Source: Candidatus Peregrinibacteria bacterium
GTDB lineage: Bacteria > Patescibacteriota > Gracilibacteria > UBA1369 > UBA12473
Direction of reading: 5' to 3'
Assembly (NCBI GenBank): GCA_018659585.1
Contig: JABJMC010000022.1
Coordinates: forward strand, 9,104-73,103
DNA: 64,000 bases
Part shown: positions 30,627-40,356 of the stretch, one piece after another
Position numbering within the stretch: position 1 is the stretch's first letter
How the letters are laid out: the number at the start of each line of letters is the position of its first letter
Notes under the pieces: generated by a model
Databases searched by the model: none
Seen by the model: the letters and a program-made list of their open reading frames with translations, nothing else
Told to the model about the DNA's origin: nothing
Position numbers and translations under genes: made by a program

Positions 30627-31385
30627 TTAGCGCCGAAAAACACTCTTAACTCGAGTTATCATCCTCCTGATAAGGCCATCTTTCCCGACTTCATTTAAAG
30701 TATTAATAGCTGATTCTCGTACCCCATAAATCTTTTCGGGATTTTGATGCTTATAGTAAATCGCGCGCACAAAATTACTCATCATACTCATCAAAACCAC
30801 TCGTTTCTTCTCCTTATCAGTTTGCAAACCAGAATTAGCAGCAAATTCAGGTAAAACATCTTTTTCTAATCGATCTTTATTAGTTTCCGCCACTTCATCC
30901 AAAAGAACCATTAATCTCGATCGCAAAGGATCCTTTTTGTTAGTAACCCCCAAATTGTCCCAAGAATGAACATCATCAAAAGACTTCCCGCGTGGGGCAA
31001 TAAAAGTATTATACTCCTCTACCAACCCTTCCTTAGGAACCCCAGCAATAAAAGATTTAAAAGCCCCCCGACATTGATTTAAAACAGTCTTTAAAATCTT
31101 ATGATTAATCTCCTCAATCGTCTGCTTAACATCATCTCCAAACATCTGTATTTCTGGCTGTCCCTGTCCTCGTAAAATCTCATTTGCTTTATTAAATTTC
31201 TCTATTTCCATAGGATCCGCATTCGCCACATTTAAAGACGCCCCCCCTCCCCCTAAGCTCTGCGCAATTTGCTCTGGCGTATTTTTGATAAAATTTGTCA
31301 CATCATGACTAGCCTGGGGCAAGCCCTGGATTTTTTTAATTGTTCGCCGATTGGGAAAAGAATCTACTACAGTTTTTGACCGCAT
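30627..31385 (-). CDS. Hypothetical protein (orphan)
   Basis: 252-aa ORF with consensus promoter; no motif recognised. Confidence 0.7.
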   Translation of the reverse strand: MRSKTVVDSFPNRRTIKKIQGLPQASHDVTNFIKNTPEQIAQSLGGGGASLNVANADPMEIEKFNKANEILRGQGQPEIQMFGDDVKQTIEEINHKILKTVLNQCRGAFKSFIAGVPKEGLVEEYNTFIAPRGKSFDDVHSWDNLGVTNKKDPLRSRLMVLLDEVAETNKDRLEKDVLPEFAANSGLQTDKEKKRVVLMSMMSNFVRAIYYKHQNPEKIYGVRESAINTLNEVGKDGLIRRMITRVKSVFRR

Positions 31386-31412
31386 AGGATTTCTTTGTTT
31401 TAAATCCTTATT

Positions 31413-31440
31413 ATTATAAGGATTTTAACAGATTTGTCAA
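31413..31440 (-). promoter_or_regulatory. Consensus promoter TTGACA-N16-TATAAT for the 30627-31385 gene
   Basis: Plus-strand ATTATA (31413-18) and TGTCAA (31435-40). Confidence 0.75.
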
Positions 31441-31491
31441 GCCTTCCTACTCCTTATACTTGACCTTCTTAAGGGTTTCCTATAAAAAGCT

Positions 31492-31617
31492 AGAGCAACA
31501 AAACGAAGAAGTTGCTTTTAACTTCTTCCTCGCCTACCTGTTAAACAGCTGGCGGGACATCTCAGCCTAATATCAACACTACTTACTGTAGCCGGCCGAG
31601 ATGGGCGGCTATTTTTG
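31492..31617 (+). promoter_or_regulatory. Structured rpsJ leader with terminator/antiterminator pair
   Basis: Hairpins 31505-28 and 31529-56; CATCTCAGCC/GGCCGAGATG versus TAGCCGGCC-GAGAT-GGGCGGCTA-TTTTT. Confidence 0.55.
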
Positions 31618-31638
31618 TATCTCTAACCTCAAAAAAAC

Positions 31639-32058
31639 ATGCCTGCAGCCAAAAAAACCACTAAGAAGCCCACCACCAAAGCTAAATCTACGGCTAAAAC
31701 TAAAGAAAAAGCAGCTAAAGACTCCAAAAAAGAGACTGCTATCGGAAAACAACGTATTCGTATCAAAATCAAAGCTTTTGATCACAAAGTTATTGACGAC
31801 ACTACTCGCCTTATTATAGAAACTGCCGAACGAACTGGAGCGGTTATTTCTGGGCCAATCCCTCTTCCAACTAAAATTGAGAAATTCACGGTTAATAAGT
31901 CTACTTTTGTACACAAAACTTCTCGCGAACAGTTTGAAATCCGCACTCACAAACGTTTACTCGACATCAATGAAAGCACTCCAAAAACTATCGAAGCCTT
32001 ATCTGGACTCAGCCTTCCAGCTGGTGTGGATATTGAAATTAAGATGATTGCTGCTTAA
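31639..32058 (+). CDS. rpsJ: 30S ribosomal protein S10 (Lys-rich N-terminal extension)
   Basis: [29 protein letters not shown]. Confidence 0.96.
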   Translation: MPAAKKTTKKPTTKAKSTAKTKEKAAKDSKKETAIGKQRIRIKIKAFDHKVIDDTTRLIIETAERTGAVISGPIPLPTKIEKFTVNKSTFVHKTSREQFEIRTHKRLLDINESTPKTIEALSGLSLPAGVDIEIKMIAA

Positions 32059-32076
32059 AAAATCTCAAAAAAGCCC

Positions 32077-32190
32077 TTGACTTAAGGTTAAGGCCCCGTT
32101 ATCTTAAGCGGGCTTTAAATCTGTTACTTTCCCTGTTGCCCAGGGAAGAGGGAGGAGGCCATCAGGTCAAAACCCTCGAGCATAAAGCTC
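32077..32190 (+). promoter_or_regulatory. rplC promoter TTGACT-N17-TATCTT and three-hairpin leader
   Basis: TTCCCTG/CAGGGAA, GAGGG/CCCTC with GGCC/GGTC, GAGC/GCTC. Confidence 0.55.
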
Positions 32191-32206
32191 ATAACCTCTA
32201 CCTATT

Positions 32207-32797
32207 ATGTCTGGTATTCTCGGTCGAAAAATCGGTATGACCCGCATCATCCAAGATGATGGCTGTGTGATCCCTCTGACAGTGGTTGAGTGCACTCCTA
32301 ATGTTGTCACTCAAGTAAAAACTGCTGAAAAAGATGGATATCCGGCGATAGTCCTCGGCTTTAATGCGTTGTCTAAACCTAAAAAGACCAAAAAATTTCA
32401 CCACTCGCGTGAATTTAAGACCCTTGAAAACGAGGAAAATCCTATTAATAAAGGTGACGAAGTCAAAGTCGATATCTTTGAAGAAGGTGAATCAGTGAAA
32501 GTTACTGCCTTTTCCAAAGGTAAAGGTTTTGCTGGTGTAATTAAACGACACAATTTTTCCCGCGGCCCAGAAACTCATGGTTCACATCACCATCGTGAAC
32601 CAGGATCAATTGGTATGTGTGCCAAACCAGCCCGCGTACTAAAAGGCAAAAAAATGCCTGGTCAAATGGGTAACAAACAAGTCACCCTCATTAATTCCAC
32701 TATTGCCTATGTTGATTTAGAAAAAAATCTCCTAGGACTTAAAGGAACAGTCCCTGGTGGAAACGGAAACCTCGTTATTGTTAGAAAAAAATCTTAA
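32207..32797 (+). CDS. rplC: 50S ribosomal protein L3
   Basis: GILGRKIGMT, SKGKGFAGVIKRH, KMPGQMG. Confidence 0.97.
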   Translation: MSGILGRKIGMTRIIQDDGCVIPLTVVECTPNVVTQVKTAEKDGYPAIVLGFNALSKPKKTKKFHHSREFKTLENEENPINKGDEVKVDIFEEGESVKVTAFSKGKGFAGVIKRHNFSRGPETHGSHHHREPGSIGMCAKPARVLKGKKMPGQMGNKQVTLINSTIAYVDLEKNLLGLKGTVPGGNGNLVIVRKKS

Positions 32798-32804
32798 TTA
32801 AATT

Positions 32805-33434
32805 ATGAAAGTCACTGTTTACTCACAAACCGGCGAAAAGAAAGGAGATATCACCTTAAACAAAGACATCTTCGGACACGAGGTAAACGAAGGTTTAATC
32901 CACCAAATGCTTGTTTTACAACAAGCTAACGCTCGAAGCCCAATCGCTCACACTAAGACTCGTGGCGAAATTCGTGGTGGTGGTCGCAAGCCTCATCGTC
33001 AAAAAGGAACTGGCCGTGCTCGTACTGGTTCTATTCGCACTCCTATACACCGTGGTGGTGGGACTGTCTTTGGGCCACGCAACACCCGCAATTTCACACT
33101 CATGATGCCAAAAAAACAACGCCGCAAAGCTCTTTTCTGTGCTCTTTCTAGTAAAGCAAATGACAAACAAATTTTAGTTCTAGATAAATACGAAACCAAA
33201 GAAGTTAAAACCAAAGCTTTCGCCGATATGATTGGTAAATTACCAGTTGAACGAAATGCGCTGGTTGTTCTTCCTGAGAAAAACGAAATTATGCAAAAAT
33301 CAGCTCGCAACTTACCTAATGTAAAGACTGTTCTGGCTGGTTACCTTAATATTCAAGACCTTTTTAAATACAACTCTCTTATTTTCCTAAAAGACGCTCT
33401 TCCTAAGTTGGAAGAAACCTTTTTAAAAGCTTAA
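32805..33434 (+). CDS. rplD: 50S ribosomal protein L4
   Basis: TKTRGEIRGGGRKPHRQKGTGRAR. Confidence 0.97.
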   Translation: MKVTVYSQTGEKKGDITLNKDIFGHEVNEGLIHQMLVLQQANARSPIAHTKTRGEIRGGGRKPHRQKGTGRARTGSIRTPIHRGGGTVFGPRNTRNFTLMMPKKQRRKALFCALSSKANDKQILVLDKYETKEVKTKAFADMIGKLPVERNALVVLPEKNEIMQKSARNLPNVKTVLAGYLNIQDLFKYNSLIFLKDALPKLEETFLKA

Positions 33435-33437
33435 ATA

Positions 33438-33740
33438 ATGGATCTCTACCACGTTATCAAAAAACCAGTACTCAGTGAAAAGACTACTCGTGACGCTGCA
33501 GGTCGCTATACCTTCATTGTTCACAGCAAAGCTACTAAAATCGATGTTAAAAACGCCATCAAAGAACTCTACGGCGTAAAGGTAAAAAGTGTAAATGTCC
33601 GTCCTACTCCTTCTAAAGTTCGTTTAGTCGGACGAGGACGCAAAATCCAAAAACGTGATCGAGTTAAAAAAGCTACTATCACGCTTGAACCTGGTAAAAC
33701 AATTGATATCTACAAATTTTCTAAAGTTAAATCTAAATAA
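33438..33740 (+). CDS. rplW: 50S ribosomal protein L23
   Basis: PVLSEK, YTFIV..ATKIDVK, KKATITL. Confidence 0.95.
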   Translation: MDLYHVIKKPVLSEKTTRDAAGRYTFIVHSKATKIDVKNAIKELYGVKVKSVNVRPTPSKVRLVGRGRKIQKRDRVKKATITLEPGKTIDIYKFSKVKSK

Positions 33741-33746
33741 TTTCAA

Positions 33747-34595
33747 ATGGCAGTACGCAAAGTTAAAGCTACAACTCCCGGCAGACGACAAATGAGTGTT
33801 TCCACCTTCGAAGAGGTGACTACCAACAAACCTCTAAAATCTCTCGTTAAATCAAAAAAACGAAGTTCTGGTCGTAATAGCCAAGGACGAATTACTGTTC
33901 GTCACCGAGGAGGAGGAGCTAAATCTCATTACCGCCAAATAGATTTTGATCGAACTAAGAATCTTAATATTGAAGGACGTGTAGCTACGATTGAATACGA
34001 TCCTAATCGAAATGCTTATATTATGTTGGTTTTCTATAAAAACGGTGACAAGCGCTACCATATCGCTCCCGACAAAATCAAGGTTGATGATCGAATTTTA
34101 ACTGCTCCTCAAACTAAGATTAAAACTGGTAATCGTCTTCACGTTGAAAACATCCCAGTTGGTTTCAGTATTTACAATATTGAATTAACACCTGGTAAAG
34201 GTGGTCAAATCGTTCGTTCTGCTGGAGCGTCCGCAAAACTTATTTCCCTGGAAAGCAAAATGGCTCAAGTCCAATTGCCTTCTGGAGAAGTGCGTCTTGT
34301 GCACAAACACGCTTTTGCCACTATTGGTTCTGTCAGTAATGCCGAATTTAGTAATATTAAAATCGGTAAAGCTGGTCGTAATCGTCATAAAGGTAAACGC
34401 CCTCAAGTCCGTGGTAAGGTTATGAATCCTTGTGATCACCCCCATGGAGGAGGAGAAGGAAGTAATCCAATTGGGTTAAAACATCCAAAAACTCCTTGGG
34501 GCCTACCAGCGCTTGGTGTTAAAACCAGAAAGCGTAAAAAAACCAATATGTATCGCCTTCGCGATCGTAAAGGCAGAAACCTTATTAAAAGCTAA
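33747..34595 (+). CDS. rplB: 50S ribosomal protein L2
   Basis: GRNSQGRITVRHRGGG, MNPCDHPHGGGEG. Confidence 0.98.
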   Translation: MAVRKVKATTPGRRQMSVSTFEEVTTNKPLKSLVKSKKRSSGRNSQGRITVRHRGGGAKSHYRQIDFDRTKNLNIEGRVATIEYDPNRNAYIMLVFYKNGDKRYHIAPDKIKVDDRILTAPQTKIKTGNRLHVENIPVGFSIYNIELTPGKGGQIVRSAGASAKLISLESKMAQVQLPSGEVRLVHKHAFATIGSVSNAEFSNIKIGKAGRNRHKGKRPQVRGKVMNPCDHPHGGGEGSNPIGLKHPKTPWGLPALGVKTRKRKKTNMYRLRDRKGRNLIKS

Positions 34596-34601
34596 TTAAA
34601 T

Positions 34602-34871
34602 ATGTCTCGAAGTTCTAAAAAAGGTCCATACGTTGATCCGAAGCTGATCAAAAAAATCATGCTTCAAAACGAAAATAACCAAAAAAAGGTCATTAAGACC
34701 TGGGCTCGAGATAGTGTTATTGCTCCAGAATTTGTTGGGCACACTATTGCAGTCCACAATGGAAAACAACACATCCCTGTCTTTGTCACTGAACAAATGG
34801 TTGGTCATCGCCTCGGAGAATTCTCTCCAACTCGCAAATTCAGAAGTCACGGTGGTAGACTAGCTAAATAA
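34602..34871 (+). CDS. rpsS: 30S ribosomal protein S19
   Basis: [28 protein letters not shown]. Confidence 0.97.
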   Translation: MSRSSKKGPYVDPKLIKKIMLQNENNQKKVIKTWARDSVIAPEFVGHTIAVHNGKQHIPVFVTEQMVGHRLGEFSPTRKFRSHGGRLAK

Positions 34872-34882
34872 CTTACACTTAA

Positions 34883-35311
34883 ATGATTGCACATCTAAGA
34901 AGAACTCGGATCTCTCCTAAAAAGCTAAGCCTCGTGGCGGCTATGATTCGTAAAAAATCTGTAAACGAGGCTCTCGAAATTCTTAAATTTACTCCAAAAA
35001 AAGCGGCTGCCACTCTATATAAAGTAGTGCAATCCGCCGGCAAAAATGCTGAAAACAATTTTAAACAAGATCCAACTTCTCTCGTAATTAAAGAAATTAT
35101 TGTCACTCAAGGTCCAACTTACAAACGTTGGCAATCAGTCTCTCGTGGACGCGCTCATCCAATCTTAAAAAGAACTAGTCACGTTACTGTGAAAATCGAA
35201 TCCTCCGGCAAAGTTGAAGAACCGAAAAAGAAAGTGGCCGCCAAAAAGGAAGAGCCCAAGACTGAGACCCCTAAAAAACCTACTGAACCTACTGAATCTA
35301 AAAAATCTTAA
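34883..35311 (+). CDS. rplV: 50S ribosomal protein L22 (C-terminal extension)
   Basis: RISPKK, NAENN, RGRAHPILKRTSHVTV. Confidence 0.96.
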   Translation: MIAHLRRTRISPKKLSLVAAMIRKKSVNEALEILKFTPKKAAATLYKVVQSAGKNAENNFKQDPTSLVIKEIIVTQGPTYKRWQSVSRGRAHPILKRTSHVTVKIESSGKVEEPKKKVAAKKEEPKTETPKKPTEPTESKKS

Positions 35312-35331
35312 TTTAATCACTCCCCTTCTCT

Positions 35332-36009
35332 ATGGGACAAAAAGTTAATCCAAAAAGCTTACGCATCGGAATAATTCAAACGTGGGAATCGAACTGGTTC
35401 GCTGGGAAGCATCGTTATAAAAAACTTTTGCACCAAGATCTTAAGATTCGAACATTTATTAAAGAGTATTTCAAAGACGGACATATTTCTAAAGTAGAAA
35501 TCTTACGTGACGCCAATAATACTAGCCTAATTCTTCACACTTCAAGACCAGGAGCAATTATTGGTCGACAAGGAGAAGGGATTGAAAAATTCCAGAAAAC
35601 GCTTGAAAAGCGATTTAAACCACAACGTTTTAATGTCACTGTTAAAGAGATTAAAAATCCTGACCTTGATGCCTACCTTGTAGCTGAAAACATCGCTCGT
35701 CAATTAACCCGACGTGTTTCTTACCGTCGTGCTGTTAAAACTTCTATTCAAAGAGCAATTGAATCTGGGGCTAAAGGAATTAAAATTGGAATCAAAGGTC
35801 GTTTAAATGGTGTAGAAATTGCCCGCTCCGAAACCTTCACTGAAGGAAAAATTCCTCTACACACTTTGCGCGCTGACATTGATTATGGCTTTTTCCCGGC
35901 TTGGACCACTTACGGAACAATCGGTGTTAAAGTTTGGATATATAAAGGAGAAGTTTTCAATAAACTCTCTGAAATGGTCTCTGAATCTATTAAACCGGAA
36001 ACTAAATAA
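35332..36009 (+). CDS. rpsC: 30S ribosomal protein S3
   Basis: MGQKVNP, GRLNGVEIARSE, PLHTLRADIDY. Confidence 0.97.
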   Translation: MGQKVNPKSLRIGIIQTWESNWFAGKHRYKKLLHQDLKIRTFIKEYFKDGHISKVEILRDANNTSLILHTSRPGAIIGRQGEGIEKFQKTLEKRFKPQRFNVTVKEIKNPDLDAYLVAENIARQLTRRVSYRRAVKTSIQRAIESGAKGIKIGIKGRLNGVEIARSETFTEGKIPLHTLRADIDYGFFPAWTTYGTIGVKVWIYKGEVFNKLSEMVSESIKPETK

Positions 36010-36018
36010 TTTTTTCCC

Positions 36019-36438
36019 ATGCTTTTACCTAAAAAGATGAAATATCGGAAAACTTTCCGCCGACGAGGACAGTTCGGTGGCAAGACTAAAGGAAATGATC
36101 GCGTATGCTTTGGATCCTATGGATTAAAAGCAATGACCATGAGCGAAGTTACTTCTCGTCAAATCGAGGCCGCTCGTCGTTCTATGACTCGTTACATTAA
36201 ACGTGGTGGAAAAATATGGATTCGCATATTCCCACACACTCCCGTTACTAGAAAAGGAGCCGAGGTTCCTATGGGATCTGGGAAAGGGACTGTTGATCAC
36301 TACGCTTTCCGTGTAAAACCCGGCATGATTCTCTTTGAACTTGACGGTGTTCCTGAACCAGTTGCCCGTGAAGCCATGCGTTTAGCTGGCCACAAACTTC
36401 CTGTTAAAACGAAATTTGTTACTCAAGAAACTATCTAA
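36019..36438 (+). CDS. rplP: 50S ribosomal protein L16
   Basis: [24 protein letters not shown]. Confidence 0.97.
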   Translation: MLLPKKMKYRKTFRRRGQFGGKTKGNDRVCFGSYGLKAMTMSEVTSRQIEAARRSMTRYIKRGGKIWIRIFPHTPVTRKGAEVPMGSGKGTVDHYAFRVKPGMILFELDGVPEPVAREAMRLAGHKLPVKTKFVTQETI

Positions 36439-36440
36439 TT

Positions 36441-36650
36441 ATGCTTCCTCTAGCTGACCTCAAAAAACTCAACTTAAAAGACCTCGGGGCTGAACTTAAA
36501 AAAGCTCGTCGAGAATGGCTTTCTACCAAACTTTCAGTCCAAATGAATCAAGATAAGAAATCTCATGTCATTACCCAAAACAAGCGTTATGTCGCTCAAA
36601 TTCTAACTACAATGAATGCTCTACAAAAAGAGCAACCTCAAGAAAAATAA
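36441..36650 (+). CDS. rpmC: 50S ribosomal protein L29
   Basis: Position between rplP and rpsQ; KRYVAQILT motif. Confidence 0.85.
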   Translation: MLPLADLKKLNLKDLGAELKKARREWLSTKLSVQMNQDKKSHVITQNKRYVAQILTTMNALQKEQPQEK

Positions 36651-36661
36651 CCTTTTAAATC

Positions 36662-36901
36662 ATGCGTAGCAAAACCGGATTCGTAGTAACAGCTAAAGAC
36701 AAAACCATTGTGGTTCGTGTTGATAGCTATCGAACTCATGCCAAATACAAAAAACGTTACCGTGTATCTAATAAGTTCCACGCACACGACCCAGAAAACA
36801 CTCACAAAATTGGTGATAAAGTCACTATTTATGAATCTCGTCCTCTTTCTAAGTTAAAAAGATGGACCATCGTTAAGCCTTCTAATGAACCAACCCAATA
36901 A
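36662..36901 (+). CDS. rpsQ: 30S ribosomal protein S17
   Basis: DKTIVV, HAKYKK, ESRPLSKLKRW. Confidence 0.95.
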   Translation: MRSKTGFVVTAKDKTIVVRVDSYRTHAKYKKRYRVSNKFHAHDPENTHKIGDKVTIYESRPLSKLKRWTIVKPSNEPTQ

Positions 36902-36904
36902 ACC

Positions 36905-37273
36905 ATGATTCAGACGCAAACACGCCTAAAAGTCGCTGACAACACCGGAGCCAAAGAGGTTATGTGTATCAAAGTCCTCGGTGGATCCAAACGTCGCTAT
37001 GCTCGTATCGGAGACCTCATCGTTGTCTCTGTAAAAGAAGCTTCACCTAACGGAATTGTTAAGAAAAAATCCGTAGAACGAGCTGTTGTTGTCCGTCAAC
37101 GAAAAGCAATGCAAAGAAAAGATGGCTCAAGTGTTCGTTTCGATGACAATGCCGTTGTAATTGTAAGTAAAGAGAATCAACCAAAAGGAACCCGTGTTTT
37201 TGGTCCAGTAGCTCGTGAGCTCCGTGACAAAGGATTCCAAAAAATTATTTCTTTAGCCCCTGACGTAATCTAA
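36905..37273 (+). CDS. rplN: 50S ribosomal protein L14
   Basis: [30 protein letters not shown]. Confidence 0.98.
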   Translation: MIQTQTRLKVADNTGAKEVMCIKVLGGSKRRYARIGDLIVVSVKEASPNGIVKKKSVERAVVVRQRKAMQRKDGSSVRFDDNAVVIVSKENQPKGTRVFGPVARELRDKGFQKIISLAPDVI

Positions 37274-37274
37274 C

Positions 37275-37610
37275 ATGAAAGTTAAAACTGGAGATAAAAT
37301 ATTGGTAACAGCTGGAAAAAATCGCAATGCGACTGGTAAAGTCATGCGCACCTTTCAAAAAACTAAAAAAATTGTGGTTGAAAAAGTAAACATGCAAAAA
37401 AAGCACATCAAAAAAACTACTTCCCGAGCCGGAGAAATCATTACCTACGAAGCACCTATTCATGTCTCGAACGTAAAAGTACTTTGCCCACAATGCACTA
37501 AACCAACTCGTGTTGGTTACACCATTCTCAAGAATAAGAAAAAACAACGCATTTGTAAAAAATGCCAAGAATCTCTTGATAAAGCTCCTACCACTAGTAA
37601 AAAATCGTAA
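37275..37610 (+). CDS. rplX: 50S ribosomal protein L24
   Basis: KTGDKILV.AGK, EAPIHVSNV. Confidence 0.96.
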   Translation: MKVKTGDKILVTAGKNRNATGKVMRTFQKTKKIVVEKVNMQKKHIKKTTSRAGEIITYEAPIHVSNVKVLCPQCTKPTRVGYTILKNKKKQRICKKCQESLDKAPTTSKKS

Positions 37611-37616
37611 ATAATT

Positions 37617-38165
37617 ATGAAAACACTTTATAAAAAAGTTCTCCCAAATCTAAAGACTGATCTTGGGATCAAAAACGACCATGCCACTCCACAAATTACC
37701 AAAGTAAACATTAACGTGGGAATTGGTAGCTATGTTCGCCGAGGCGACAAAAATTACGATCAAGTAATCGAAAACATCTCTGCTTTAACTGGTCAAAAAC
37801 CCGTTGTTACAAAATCTCGCTTAGCTGTTTCTAACTTTAAATTAAGAGAAGGAGACCCGGTTGGTGTAGTTGTAACCCTACGCGGAAAAAGAATGTATGA
37901 ATTTTTAACTCGCTTAGTAGGTGTTGCTCTCCCTCGTATTAGAGACTTCCGTGGAATTTCTGCTAATGGCTTTGATGGCCACGGGAATTACACTCTTGGA
38001 ATCAAAGAAGTTACTGTTTTCCCAGAAGTGAATCCCGATAATGTCACTCGTAATCACGGATTACAAATTACTATTAGCACTACTGCTAAAGACAATGTTT
38101 CCGCTTACAAATTATTAAAAAATCTTGGGTTCCCTTTTAAGAATCAACCTAAAGAAAGTCAATAA
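37617..38165 (+). CDS. rplE: 50S ribosomal protein L5
   Basis: [27 protein letters not shown]. Confidence 0.97.
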   Translation: MKTLYKKVLPNLKTDLGIKNDHATPQITKVNINVGIGSYVRRGDKNYDQVIENISALTGQKPVVTKSRLAVSNFKLREGDPVGVVVTLRGKRMYEFLTRLVGVALPRIRDFRGISANGFDGHGNYTLGIKEVTVFPEVNPDNVTRNHGLQITISTTAKDNVSAYKLLKNLGFPFKNQPKESQ

Positions 38166-38176
38166 CCTTATCTTTT

Positions 38177-38401
38177 ATGGCTCGCAAAGCCCTCGTCGTC
38201 AAATGTGCTAGAAAGCAAAAGCAACACTTAAATGCTTTAAAAGCTGGAAAAAAACCTAAGCACCCTACGAGAATTTATAATCGCTGTGGTAACTGTGGAA
38301 GAATCGGCAGTTACATGAGACGCTTTGGCCTCTGCCGCATTTGCTTCCGCAAATTAGCTAGCAACGGCCTAGTAATGGGCGTTAGAAAATCCTCTTGGTA
38401 A
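38177..38401 (+). CDS. rpsN: 30S ribosomal protein S14, Zn-binding (type Z)
   Basis: NRCGNCGR...LCRICFR...KSSW. Confidence 0.95.
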   Translation: MARKALVVKCARKQKQHLNALKAGKKPKHPTRIYNRCGNCGRIGSYMRRFGLCRICFRKLASNGLVMGVRKSSW

Positions 38402-38424
38402 TAATCAACTCTAATTAATACAAC

Positions 38425-38808
38425 ATGAACACCGATCCCATCGCTGACATGCTCACTCGTCTAAGAAATGCTGACGCTGCTGGTCACAAAGAAGTACGCA
38501 TGCCTTACTCCAAAATGAAGCACAATATGCTTCAAGTAATGGTTAAAAATGAATATTTAGACGAAGTAAACATCGACACTTCCGGAAAATTTCAAGAAAT
38601 TCACGTAGTTCTTAAAAAACGTCCTCACCCATTAAATATCAAACGTGTATCTAAGCCTGGTCAACGAATTTATGTAAAAGCCAAAGAAGTCCCTACTGTT
38701 TTAAATGGCCTAGGGATGGCTATTCTTTCTACGCCTCAAGGAATTATCAGCAACAAAACCGCTAAAAGAAGTAAAGTCGGAGGCGAATTACTTTGCGAAA
38801 TCTATTAA
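38425..38808 (+). CDS. rpsH: 30S ribosomal protein S8
   Basis: DPIADMLTRLRN, SKPGQRIY, GGELLC. Confidence 0.97.
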   Translation: MNTDPIADMLTRLRNADAAGHKEVRMPYSKMKHNMLQVMVKNEYLDEVNIDTSGKFQEIHVVLKKRPHPLNIKRVSKPGQRIYVKAKEVPTVLNGLGMAILSTPQGIISNKTAKRSKVGGELLCEIY

Positions 38809-38819
38809 CCTTAAATTTA

Positions 38820-39371
38820 ATGTCTCGAGTCGGAAAACAACCTATTACTCTGCCAAGTGGCGTCACTGCTACTTATGAAAACGGCATCCTTACTATCAAG
38901 GGCTCTAAAGGAGAACTCCAAATGTCTCCAAACCCTGAAATGAAGATCATTATTGAAGAATCAATAATTACTGTTAAAAGGCCAGGTGATAGTCGTGAAC
39001 ACAAAAGTCTACACGGACTAACCCGCAGCCTAATATCTAACATGGCCACTGGTGTTTCCGAAGGATTCATCAAAAAACTAGAGGTTAATGGTGTGGGATA
39101 TCGCTTTCAAATTCAAGGCAAAAAACTTAATTTAAGTTTAGGATATTCTCATCCAATTGAATACGAAATCCCTGAAGGAATCGAGCTCAAAACTGATGAA
39201 GAAAAGAAAAACATTCTTATTGTTTCTGGTATTGATAAACAACTTGTCGGACAAACTGCCGCTGAGATTCGCAGCTTCCGTAAACCTGAACCTTACAAAG
39301 GGAAAGGAGTTAAATACTTAGACGAACATATTCACCGTAAGGCCGGTAAGACTGCCGCTAAAACTGCTTAA
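38820..39371 (+). CDS. rplF: 50S ribosomal protein L6
   Basis: MSRVGKQP, GVGYR, RKPEPYKGKG. Confidence 0.97.
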   Translation: MSRVGKQPITLPSGVTATYENGILTIKGSKGELQMSPNPEMKIIIEESIITVKRPGDSREHKSLHGLTRSLISNMATGVSEGFIKKLEVNGVGYRFQIQGKKLNLSLGYSHPIEYEIPEGIELKTDEEKKNILIVSGIDKQLVGQTAAEIRSFRKPEPYKGKGVKYLDEHIHRKAGKTAAKTA

Positions 39372-39384
39372 TAACTATTAAATC

Positions 39385-39726
39385 ATGCAACGCAAAGAAA
39401 TTCTCCGAAAAAGACGTCACCAAAAAATCCGCGCCAAATTAAGTGGCACTGCGGAAAGGCCTCGCTTGGTGGTTAATCGTAGCCTACGATCCACTTACGC
39501 TTCCCTGGTTGATGACGTTACTGGAAAAACCTTAATTACTGTCTCTGATCTTAAAAATACAAAAGGTTCTAAAATTGAACGTGCTAAAGCTGTTGGCGAA
39601 GAACTCGCCAAAAAAGCACTAGAAATGAAAATTAGTACCTGTGTGTTTGATAGAAATGGCTACAAATATCACGGACGCGTTCAAGCAATTGCTGACAGCG
39701 CTCGAGAAACTGGACTTAAGTTCTAA
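39385..39726 (+). CDS. rplR: 50S ribosomal protein L18
   Basis: GTAERPRL, FDRNGYKYHGRV. Confidence 0.96.
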   Translation: MQRKEILRKRRHQKIRAKLSGTAERPRLVVNRSLRSTYASLVDDVTGKTLITVSDLKNTKGSKIERAKAVGEELAKKALEMKISTCVFDRNGYKYHGRVQAIADSARETGLKF

Positions 39727-39741
39727 ACTAACTAACCTACT

Positions 39742-40338
39742 ATGGCAAAACCTCAAAGACGCAATCGCGGGCCACGGAAACAAGAGCCCAAAGAATATGA
39801 TGAAGAAGTTATTCAACTTGATCGTGTAACTCGTGTTGTTAAAGGTGGACGAAGATTACGTTTCCGCGCCACTGTTGCTATTGGAAATCGAAAAGGAAAA
39901 GTTGGCGTCGGTGTTGCTAAGTCTAATGAAGTGGTTGGAGCTATTAAAAAAGCTGTTACCAAGGCGAAACAAAATCTTATTATCGTTCCAATTACCAAAG
40001 ACGACACTATCCCCCACCGGATTCAAAGCAAATTCAAAGCTTCAAAAATCCTACTTATTCCCGCTGGTCCTGGTACCGGAATTATTGCTGGAGGTGCCAC
40101 TCGTCGTATTATTGAACTTTCTGGTGTTAAAAACATTTTAAGTAAAACACTTGGTTCTCCTAATAAACTCAATAACTCCAAGGCTACTATCGAAGCTCTA
40201 AAAGCTCTTCGAGCCAGACCTGAAAATGAATTCAAAAAAGAAGACGAGAAAAAACCTGAAGCTAAAACTGAAGCACCTCCTGCTAAAAAGCCAGCATCAA
40301 AACCACCAATGCCACCAAAGCCGGCTCCTAAAAAATAA
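39742..40338 (+). CDS. rpsE: 30S ribosomal protein S5 (Pro/Lys-rich C-tail)
   Basis: RVTRVVKGGRR, PAGPGTGIIAGG. Confidence 0.97.
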   Translation: MAKPQRRNRGPRKQEPKEYDEEVIQLDRVTRVVKGGRRLRFRATVAIGNRKGKVGVGVAKSNEVVGAIKKAVTKAKQNLIIVPITKDDTIPHRIQSKFKASKILLIPAGPGTGIIAGGATRRIIELSGVKNILSKTLGSPNKLNNSKATIEALKALRARPENEFKKEDEKKPEAKTEAPPAKKPASKPPMPPKPAPKK

Positions 40339-40356
40339 TCTTACAACTAATTAATC

